This document shows positions 56,454 to 64,000 of a stretch of DNA of 64,000 nucleotides, piece after piece (the first letter of the stretch is position 1; each line of letters starts with the position of its first letter). The notes below the pieces were generated by a model, which had not been told where the DNA came from, searched no databases, and worked only from the letters and a program-made list of their open reading frames with translations. The DNA is taken from the sequence record MK327931.1; one strand, 5' to 3'. Made by a program: the position numbers and the translations under genes.

Positions 56454-57261
56454 TCATGTTCAATTCAATTTCAATTTGACGTGTATGTGATGGCGTAAAG
56501 CCATGCATTTCAAGTAAATCATCACGTATATTTCGAACATTTTTCTCACTATTCAATATAGAACGAAAACTATTGTTTACGAATGATGTATAGTAAGAGA
56601 AAGGATTTAGCTGAACTGCTGGTTTATCTTTTTTATAAAGAATGCTCTCTTTAAAGAGAAGTGCGTTTTTAACTAATTGTATTCTTGCATCACCCATCAT
56701 TTCATCTAAGTATGTATAGTTTCTGTAATTAGATTTATGAGAGATTTCCTCAGCAAGTTTAATGAACATCTTCCCTAGTTCATTTGTAATTTTACCATGA
56801 ACAGTACTGAATTCACCAGTTTCAAGATCTCCTTTCCAATGAGAACGACATACTTCATAGAGAATTCCTTCATTATCTACAATGTAATGCTTGAATGGTT
56901 CAAAGTTAACTCTAGTGTCGGGTGGAATATGTTCATCAGTGATAACACGAATAACAACTTCATCGATTGGAACATCAGTGATAACTAAATTATTTTCATC
57001 TGCATATTCTTTAGCTTTTTTAGCACTCATACTTTCCTTTTCACGAATACTATCAAGCATTTCATTGTTTAGTCGTTTGATTCGTGCTGCTTTGGCTTTT
57101 TCAAGTAACTCAGTAGTAATTTCTGACTCATGAAAAACAATATAATCATACATACTATATGATTTGTCTAATAACCAGCAGTATGAAATCTTACTTTTTT
57201 GTATTTCACGAAGTAAATCAGCATTATTGAGATACTTTTTACGCTTTGGCCTATTTGTCAT
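56422..57261 (-). CDS. gp55: Late-transcription sigma factor
   Basis: YLNN..LL, ELGKMF..LA, NY.NYTY.DEM..DA, NPFSYYT....NSF...L..EK. Confidence 0.88.
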   Translation of the reverse strand: MTNRPKRKKYLNNADLLREIQKSKISYCWLLDKSYSMYDYIVFHESEITTELLEKAKAARIKRLNNEMLDSIREKESMSAKKAKEYADENNLVITDVPIDEVVIRVITDEHIPPDTRVNFEPFKHYIVDNEGILYEVCRSHWKGDLETGEFSTVHGKITNELGKMFIKLAEEISHKSNYRNYTYLDEMMGDARIQLVKNALLFKESILYKKDKPAVQLNPFSYYTSFVNNSFRSILNSEKNVRNIRDDLLEMHGFTPSHTRQIEIELNMIERKNEDGSV

Positions 57262-57318
57262 TGTATTTTACTCTCCATGTTTAAATCCAATAGGTACAAT
57301 CCTTGTACCATCAATGTT

Positions 57319-57346
57319 ATTATAGCACCAAAAAGCATTTTGTCCC
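57319..57346 (-). promoter_or_regulatory. Phage middle-like promoter (GGGACA-N16-TATAAT) for gp55-47-46
   Basis: tgggacaaaatgctttttggtgctataat. Confidence 0.78.
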
Positions 57347-57349
57347 ACG

Positions 57350-57357
57350 TATAAATA
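57350..57357 (+). promoter_or_regulatory. T4-type late promoter TATAAATA for the baseplate operon
   Basis: Exact consensus, back-to-back with the gp55 promoter. Confidence 0.78.
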
Positions 57358-57392
57358 CATCAAATGTTCCCTTATTATGGAGAATCAAAAAG

Positions 57393-58124
57393 ATGATTGA
57401 TCGTAGAATTCGATTACGACCTAAAGCCGCAGGTGCTAACTATGTATATGGTGATTTCGGGGATAGCTCCGAACCAACACTACTTTCGTTTCTGCGTCCA
57501 ACTAATGGGTTGGTTTGGACTGTAACACCAACAATTACTGAACAAAGGTCAATTCAGTATGAAACACAGTCTCCTATACATACCAACAGTAACTATAACA
57601 ACTATAAGAACACTACTAATACAGTTTTCACTATTCAGGGTGAATTTTATGCAAATACAGCAGCAGAAGCTATGTATGCGTTGGCATGTGTTCATTTTAT
57701 ACGTTCTGTTTCATTGATGGATTTTGGTAGACAAGCTGCTTCGGCTAATAACCCCGAACTCGCAATTGCGGGTGCACCACCACCAATCTTACTTCTAAGT
57801 GGATATGGTCGTTATACATATAATGATATTCCTGTTATTTTAAAATCTTATAATTTTACTTACCCAAATGATGTTTCTTATATTCAAGTTCCATTGAATA
57901 GTAGCGATAGTACTTTTAATTTATCCGACATGGATAGTAGAAAATTCTTCGAACAACTTAGAAGTACTGGATATATGAACCCACAAGATGAAGTTTGGGT
58001 TCCACAAAAAATCTCAGTTATGTTACAACTTGAAGAACAACCAACATCGGATTATATGACTAAAACGTTCAACCTCAATGCATTCAAACGTGGTGAACTA
58101 TTACGTAAAGGAGGATTCATTTAA
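57393..58124 (+). CDS. Tail-tube initiator / tube-fold baseplate protein (gp48/gp54-like)
   Basis: GGAG SD before ATG 57393; GAPPP.L.LSGYG....DIPV....N.T.P..V motif of contractile-tail tube-fold proteins. Confidence 0.6.
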   Translation: MIDRRIRLRPKAAGANYVYGDFGDSSEPTLLSFLRPTNGLVWTVTPTITEQRSIQYETQSPIHTNSNYNNYKNTTNTVFTIQGEFYANTAAEAMYALACVHFIRSVSLMDFGRQAASANNPELAIAGAPPPILLLSGYGRYTYNDIPVILKSYNFTYPNDVSYIQVPLNSSDSTFNLSDMDSRKFFEQLRSTGYMNPQDEVWVPQKISVMLQLEEQPTSDYMTKTFNLNAFKRGELLRKGGFI

Positions 58125-58438
58125 TGTCCAACTATAGTCAATACTCACCTTACGCTAAGGTGAAACAAACATGGTATCTTGGGTATAATTTACCACGTGA
58201 TATTGTTCCGGCTGATACTGATGATTTTTATGAGATCCCATTGAAATATGAATATCAACCTTGGCGTTTAGCATACGAAATGTATGGTAATGAACGCTTA
58301 TATTATATTTTCGCATTGTTAAATCCAGACATACTAGGAGAAGATCCTATATATAATTTTAAAAGTGGAGTAACAATTAGAATACCAGCAAATCAAAGAG
58401 TACAGAATTATCTTAATGGTACTCGAAACATAGGCTAA
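58124..58438 (+). CDS. gp53: Baseplate wedge protein with LysM-like fold (gp53-like)
   Basis: Y.I...Y..QPW.LAY.MYG...LY.IFA..N....P. Confidence 0.72.
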   Translation: MSNYSQYSPYAKVKQTWYLGYNLPRDIVPADTDDFYEIPLKYEYQPWRLAYEMYGNERLYYIFALLNPDILGEDPIYNFKSGVTIRIPANQRVQNYLNGTRNIG

Positions 58439-58449
58439 TGGAGTAACGT

Positions 58450-60699
58450 ATGGCAGATTTACGAAGTACAGTTGATAATTTTCAAAATGATATTACAAGT
58501 ATTACTGGTAAGGCTAAAACCACCACATCTAATGCACTTGATAGTTTGAAAGCTACAGCAAATACATTACAAAATGATGTAAAAACTATTACAAAAAATA
58601 ATTACAAAGCAAATGTAAGTAATGTAGTATCATTACCAAAACAAAGTGCTAGTGTTGATCAAGTTTATGAAGATCTCGATTTAAGTCAGTTTGTAATACC
58701 GTATGACAATAAATTATTGAAATATGATAACCCAACTTGGCACTTTTGTTTATTTGCCTTAGATAAAGATGATTTTAAAAACTTTTGGCTTTACCCAGAT
58801 GCAGAAGTGCAACGACATGTGATATCAGAAAGTGGTGTTACTGGCAAATATAATATCACTAGTGTACAAATGACACAAGCTGGACCTTCAACACCAGGAA
58901 TGACAACAAACTATTGTTTTAATACAGCAGTACTTAATATGTCTGAAAATAATAGTATGAGTCTATATGATGAATTAATTTCGTTAAGTAACAAACTTAG
59001 ATATCATAAATTTATGGACTTGCCATTGATCTTGGAATTAAAGTTTATTGGCTTTAATAAAAATGGAATACCTGAAATTATCCCAGAAACAACAAGACGC
59101 TGGTCAGTTAAAATTAATAGTGTTACTGCAAGTGCTTCACAAAGTGGTAGTACTATGATGTATACTATGAACTTAGTTCATAATAGAGCAGCTTTAGTTG
59201 ATAACATTGAATGGACCTTAAAAGAACCATTCAATTGTACTGCTGAAAACTTTGGTGACTTCTGCTTTGATTTAGAAGATAAATTAAATCAGATGGCTGA
59301 CCAACAATATGGTTATCTTAGATATAAATTTGGTGAATTATCCGAAGGTAAATTTTTCGAATTTAAAGTAGCACCTGATTTGCAAGATTTGTTTATAAAC
59401 TATGATTCTAAACAAATGGCAGAGGCCGGAACAACTAAAAGTGGTGCACAAGGTTCTAAAAACTTTTCATGGAACCCAAGTACTCCTATATCTCGAATTA
59501 TTGATGACGTTATTGATACATGTACTGTACAAGCCGATGATAGTACTAGTGTGCGTCAATTTGTAAACATTATACCAGTTAAACAATACGTTGGTTTTGA
59601 TAATTATCGTAATACTTCTGTGTATAAAGTAATTTTTTATATTGTTAGATTTAAAATAGGTGATATTGTTCATGAATCGGATTTACAACCTGAAAATTTC
59701 ACATTTGAGTACTTTTTTGAGAACGCAGAAAAATACGTAGATCCTAATGATCAAAAACCAAAAATAAACATGAAAACTTATAATTATCAATTTAGTGGGC
59801 TTAATAGTGAGATACTTGATTTGGATTTGAAATTTGATCAGCAATTTTTCGTAGCCACTACACGTAACCCTGGTCCGATACAAGATGTAGCGAACCATGC
59901 AGGTACACATACATCCCAAGAACTCAATATTCAAGGTGTACAATACAATAGTATACCAGACGCATGGGCAAAAACAAGTGATTTACGTGTAACTCGTGAT
60001 TTAGGAGGGATGTTAACACAAGCCCAACAACAATTGTTAACTGAAGTTGAAACTTTAGCAAAAAATCAAATGCAGGTTGGTAACGCAGAAGAACAAGACC
60101 GTTATAATAACTATCAAGTCAATGTTTTACCTCAATATATTGAAGATTATGTAACCACTTATGAAGAAAACGATGGTGGCACTGATGGTGTTGGTCACCG
60201 TTATGGTGAAGTGTTCACAATGCCAACCGAAGCAACTAACAATGAAACAACTTTATCCGCTTCGTTAAACGATAACAGCAGCACATATGAAATGGATAGA
60301 CGTAAAATACGTGACAACTATTACAATAGACCTTTTTTGTGTAAACTCGATATGCGTGTAGTAGGCGACCCGTACTGGTTAGGGTGGAGTGATTACTCTT
60401 ACTTACAATATCTAGAACAAGTAATTAATGGTGAAGATATGGAAATTAACCCAGATGATTATCATGTAGCAAATTATATAACATCTGAAGCGTATCTATT
60501 ACTAAAATTACAACCAGTAATATCAATAAATGATAACACTGGTGTTTTGGATATTAATACACCAACCACATTTAACCAAACAATTTATCGTGTTAATAAA
60601 ATTGTTCATGATTTTGGTGCAGGTGGTTCTTTTACACAACAAATTCAAGCTGCAATTGTAATTCGTGCACTCAAACGTCACGATAGTATAGTTGATTAA
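58450..60699 (+). CDS. Baseplate hub protein (gp27-like)
   Basis: Between gp53 and gp5; C-terminal L.M.V.GDPYWL and Y.V..I.H.F..G.FTQ.I motifs. Confidence 0.65.
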   Translation: MADLRSTVDNFQNDITSITGKAKTTTSNALDSLKATANTLQNDVKTITKNNYKANVSNVVSLPKQSASVDQVYEDLDLSQFVIPYDNKLLKYDNPTWHFCLFALDKDDFKNFWLYPDAEVQRHVISESGVTGKYNITSVQMTQAGPSTPGMTTNYCFNTAVLNMSENNSMSLYDELISLSNKLRYHKFMDLPLILELKFIGFNKNGIPEIIPETTRRWSVKINSVTASASQSGSTMMYTMNLVHNRAALVDNIEWTLKEPFNCTAENFGDFCFDLEDKLNQMADQQYGYLRYKFGELSEGKFFEFKVAPDLQDLFINYDSKQMAEAGTTKSGAQGSKNFSWNPSTPISRIIDDVIDTCTVQADDSTSVRQFVNIIPVKQYVGFDNYRNTSVYKVIFYIVRFKIGDIVHESDLQPENFTFEYFFENAEKYVDPNDQKPKINMKTYNYQFSGLNSEILDLDLKFDQQFFVATTRNPGPIQDVANHAGTHTSQELNIQGVQYNSIPDAWAKTSDLRVTRDLGGMLTQAQQQLLTEVETLAKNQMQVGNAEEQDRYNNYQVNVLPQYIEDYVTTYEENDGGTDGVGHRYGEVFTMPTEATNNETTLSASLNDNSSTYEMDRRKIRDNYYNRPFLCKLDMRVVGDPYWLGWSDYSYLQYLEQVINGEDMEINPDDYHVANYITSEAYLLLKLQPVISINDNTGVLDINTPTTFNQTIYRVNKIVHDFGAGGSFTQQIQAAIVIRALKRHDSIVD

Positions 60700-60712
60700 G
60701 GAATAAAATATT

Positions 60713-63376
60713 ATGGCAGATACAAGTAAAAAGTATGCACAACAGCAGTTGGGTCGTTTTGACCCATCTTATCCGCAGTTAGCAACTGTTATGGATAACA
60801 GAGATCCAACTAAATCAGGAAAACTGAAAGTTTGGATACAAGGTTCTCAAAGTGATAAAAACTCAAAAGAATCATGGATAGAAGCATCTTACATGTCTCC
60901 TTTTGCTGGTAAAACACCAGGTATTCCAAGTGCTGATGCATATGGTCAATATCCAAAAGGATACGGTTTTTGGGCAGTACCACCAGACGTAGGGTGTACA
61001 GTTGTTGTAATTTTTGCACAAGCCCGTACATTCCAAGCATATTGGATTGGTTGTGTATATGACCAGCGTATGAATACTATGGTTCCGGGTATGGCAACTG
61101 AAGTAAGTAATTATGGTGGAACTGATATGCCACTTCCTGTTACTGACTATGATCGTAACACTATCACTACCGATATGCAAGACAAATATGCTAACGTTCC
61201 AATCATCGCAGGTCTTAAAAAGCAAAACCTTTTATATGACGAAGAAGCTGGGTTGGCGAATCGTAGTAGTACTCGACAAACCACAAGTACTGTATATGGA
61301 ATGTCATCACCACGTGGAAATAGTTTCATTATTGATGATGGATATACTGAAGAGGAATTAACTGCACCCACATGGGATCAAGACCCAGATGGATATCAAG
61401 ATACGCAATTTAATAACCCAGTAAACGATACCCGTGTTGGTTCTCGTAAAAATGAAGGTGTTGTAATAAAAACACGTAGTGGTGCACAACTTCTTTTATC
61501 AGAAGCAACTGGTGATGTTCTTTTAATTAACCGTGACGGTACTGCACGTATTAAATTCACTGGTGAAGGTGATATTGACATGCATTGTGACAAGAATATC
61601 AATATTCGTGCAGGACAAGATATTAATATTACGGCTGGACGTTCATACAACATTGAAACCGGACAAGATTTCAATGCACGCGTTGGTGCAAATACTAAAT
61701 TAGATCTAATTGGTGCTCTTGATGCAAAAGTTGGTGGACAAGTGGTGGTTAATTCAGGTGCTGACCTTCGTTTAGTTACGGCTGCATCATTACGTATGCA
61801 AAGTGGTAGCAGTACTGATATTACGGCTGGTTCAAATGCTTCTATTTCTGCCGCAACATCTGCAAACCTAATTGGATCATCATCAGCAATTATTAGTGGT
61901 GGTGGTCAAACATTAACAGTTAATAGTGGTGGTAATAGCGGTACTGCTGAATTTACTGCACCAAACTTTAGAACACCATCTGCTGGTCTTAATGAACACA
62001 TTCATGATATCGCTGCATGGGTTAACGCTGAAAATCATGGTAGTTATGTTGAACCACCAAGACAAGGTGGTGGAAGTGGTTCTAGTGAATCACCAGTACA
62101 ACCACAACCAGCAAATGATGTATCACCAGAATTACCCGTAGCACAAGACACTGAAGCTGTTCAGTTTGTTAACTATACATCAGAAACTGAACAAGTTCAA
62201 TCACAAGATTTGATGACATCTGATCCTGGGATGACTGGATATAGTATTACATATGAAGGTTTACATATGTTAATGCCATGTAGCGGTACTATTCGACAAT
62301 ATGGTTACTGGGGGAAAGGTGTTCCAACACAAAGTGGAGGAAAGGCAGACCGTTCAGGTTGGGAAATACAATGTAAAGGTGATGTAGTTGCACCAGATGG
62401 TGGTGTGGTAGTAATTACTAATGGTGCTCTTTTAATACAACATAAGTCTGGATATAAATCTATTTTTTATAATATTCAATCTGATTTATTAAACAAAGAT
62501 GTTGTTCAAAAAGGTCAAGTTGTTGGAAAAGCAAATGGTGTCATACAGTTTGAAATTCGTGTTACATCAGCAAATGTTCTTGGATTCAGTGGTTCTGTTG
62601 ACCCAGGATTATTTTATGCTTCACAAACAGGAACAGGGTCTGATGCGGCGAATAAAACATTAATTGGTGGTCAAGCAACTAATCAATCTGCTCCAAAAGC
62701 AGTTGTACAACCTTCAGTTGATAGTGATGAATTGGTAGTTACAACAAAAATCAAAACGATAGGTACTGGATATTCTCAACGTGGTTCTCGTCATGTGCCT
62801 CGTAGGAGAAGAACACAGAGAAGTGGAGCTTCAACAACTCCGGTGGAGCAACCTACCTATAATATTGGAAATGTTGATAAAACTGCAATCGATTGGAAAG
62901 TTGTTCCAGGTGATGCACAATTTATTTCTGAATTAAAAGAATATGAAGGTACATTACAATACCAACAAGCAAAAGGATATTATCGTAATGGTAAATTCTG
63001 GCGTTATTTGGATAGTCGTGGGTATCCAACTATTGGTTATGGTCACTTGATTATTAGTGGTGAAAACTTTTCAGATGGAATAACTGAACAGCAAGCCAAC
63101 GATATGTTAGTTCGTGATAGTAGTAAAGCTATATATGATGCTAAATCAATTTATGCTTCATATAACATGAAAACACCTTATTTGGCTCAACAAGTACTAT
63201 GCCAAATGGTATTCCAGATGGGTAAAGGTGGGGTACTTAAATTTAAAACTATGTTGTCTGAATTAGCTAAAGGTAATTATAAACAAGCTGCTGCTCAAAT
63301 ACGTAATTCAGCTTGGTATCGCCAAACTACTCGCCGTGCTGAGTTAATGGCTCGTCGTTTAGAGGCATGTCAATAA
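60713..63376 (+). CDS. gp5: Baseplate central spike: OB-fold, beta-helix, degenerate M23-like domain, C-terminal T4-lysozyme domain
   Basis: DNRDP...G.LKVWI; W..PPDVG..V.V.F; beta-helix repeats; EYEG...YLDSRGYPTIGYGHL. Confidence 0.9.
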   Translation: MADTSKKYAQQQLGRFDPSYPQLATVMDNRDPTKSGKLKVWIQGSQSDKNSKESWIEASYMSPFAGKTPGIPSADAYGQYPKGYGFWAVPPDVGCTVVVIFAQARTFQAYWIGCVYDQRMNTMVPGMATEVSNYGGTDMPLPVTDYDRNTITTDMQDKYANVPIIAGLKKQNLLYDEEAGLANRSSTRQTTSTVYGMSSPRGNSFIIDDGYTEEELTAPTWDQDPDGYQDTQFNNPVNDTRVGSRKNEGVVIKTRSGAQLLLSEATGDVLLINRDGTARIKFTGEGDIDMHCDKNINIRAGQDINITAGRSYNIETGQDFNARVGANTKLDLIGALDAKVGGQVVVNSGADLRLVTAASLRMQSGSSTDITAGSNASISAATSANLIGSSSAIISGGGQTLTVNSGGNSGTAEFTAPNFRTPSAGLNEHIHDIAAWVNAENHGSYVEPPRQGGGSGSSESPVQPQPANDVSPELPVAQDTEAVQFVNYTSETEQVQSQDLMTSDPGMTGYSITYEGLHMLMPCSGTIRQYGYWGKGVPTQSGGKADRSGWEIQCKGDVVAPDGGVVVITNGALLIQHKSGYKSIFYNIQSDLLNKDVVQKGQVVGKANGVIQFEIRVTSANVLGFSGSVDPGLFYASQTGTGSDAANKTLIGGQATNQSAPKAVVQPSVDSDELVVTTKIKTIGTGYSQRGSRHVPRRRRTQRSGASTTPVEQPTYNIGNVDKTAIDWKVVPGDAQFISELKEYEGTLQYQQAKGYYRNGKFWRYLDSRGYPTIGYGHLIISGENFSDGITEQQANDMLVRDSSKAIYDAKSIYASYNMKTPYLAQQVLCQMVFQMGKGGVLKFKTMLSELAKGNYKQAAAQIRNSAWYRQTTRRAELMARRLEACQ

Positions 63377-63388
63377 ATATTTTAGTAC

Positions 63389-63396
63389 TATAAATA
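63389..63396 (+). promoter_or_regulatory. T4-type late promoter TATAAATA
   Basis: Exact consensus upstream of the lysozyme gene. Confidence 0.7.
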
Positions 63397-63412
63397 AAAC
63401 GAGGATATCTTT

Positions 63413-63901
63413 ATGAGTAAATGGGAAATTAAAAATACAGATGAGCAATTTTTTAAGGAAATTAAAGAATTTGAAGGAACTATTGCTTATCAGAAAAAAC
63501 TTGGTTATTTTAAAAATGATAAGTTTTGGGTATATAAAGACAGCTTAGGTCTTGATACAATTGGCTATGGTCACCTAGTTTTACCTGGTGAAAATTTCAA
63601 GAATGGTTTAACAGAAGCACAAGCTGACCAACTTCTTCTTAAAGATGCTCAAACTGCGTACAATGATGCAAAATCAATTTATGAACAATTTGGTATGACC
63701 GCACCTATACAGGTTCAACGTGTATTATGGTTGATGGTATTCCAGATGGGCAAAACCAAAGTTTTAAAATTTAAAAAAGCAATGACCGCATTAGGTAAGG
63801 CTGATTATAAAACTGCTGGTAAGGAATTGCGTGATAGTACATGGTATAAACAAACCACTTCAAGAGCGGAAAAGATGGCACGTATTGTTGAATCCGTATA
63901 A
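63413..63901 (+). CDS. T4-lysozyme-family (GH24) muramidase, paralogue of the gp5 C-terminal domain
   Basis: EFEG...YKDSLGLDTIGYGHL, MVFQMG...V.KF..., S.WY.QT..RA. Confidence 0.93.
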   Translation: MSKWEIKNTDEQFFKEIKEFEGTIAYQKKLGYFKNDKFWVYKDSLGLDTIGYGHLVLPGENFKNGLTEAQADQLLLKDAQTAYNDAKSIYEQFGMTAPIQVQRVLWLMVFQMGKTKVLKFKKAMTALGKADYKTAGKELRDSTWYKQTTSRAEKMARIVESV

Positions 63902-63916
63902 TAAAGGAAATAGTCA

Positions 63917-64000
63917 ATGGCAGTTGTTTTTAAAGGTTTTTCTACCCCAGTAGTGGGTAGAACTGAAACATTGTATGATAGTGAATTGGTTCGCCAAGAT
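63917..64000 (+). CDS. gp25: Baseplate wedge gp25-like protein, N-terminus (runs off the right edge)
   Basis: MAVVFKGFSTPVVGRTETLYDSELVRQD matches the KGFST...L.D.ELVK.D pattern; AAGGA SD. Confidence 0.7.
   Translation, partial: MAVVFKGFSTPVVGRTETLYDSELVRQD

Noticed and set aside
57303-57392. N-terminal extensions given by the ORF track (also 3467-3496, 30852-30902, 33438-33500, 38381-38407, 16585-16650)
   Set aside because: They overlap promoters or neighbouring genes; downstream ATGs have proper SD sequences.

Overview
About 64 kb of core genome from an AT-rich, T4-related jumbo myophage. Gene content and order resemble the RaK2/GAP32/PBECO4-like group (inference; no search was run). The window holds nucleotide metabolism (DHFR, MazG-like, nrdAB), replication and recombination (gp41, gp61, gp43, gp45, gp62-like, gp32, UvsW/X/Y, RNase H, gp46/47, gp49), late sigma gp55, head and packaging genes (gp17, gp20-23, GroES), and baseplate and tail genes. 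I saw no tRNA, rRNA, CRISPR array or intron. Main signals the ORF track does not explain: (1) two tandem gpT-like GAF-fold holin paralogues that each become full length with a +1 shift at an in-frame CGG-A; (2) a ~450-nt promoter-to-terminator, stem-loop-dense non-coding transcript, next to an AT-rich repeat segment; (3) an 11-copy promoter class, TG(A/G)GACA-N12-GTG(C/A)TATAAT, upstream of replication genes; (4) a 55-aa Hfq/Sm-like ORF missed by the track; (5) a catalytically degenerate TerL-ATPase paralogue in the usual small-terminase position; (6) a 212-aa mini-DnaE; (7) strong AGTACT excess and apparent GCGC absence. All counts and alignments were done by eye.
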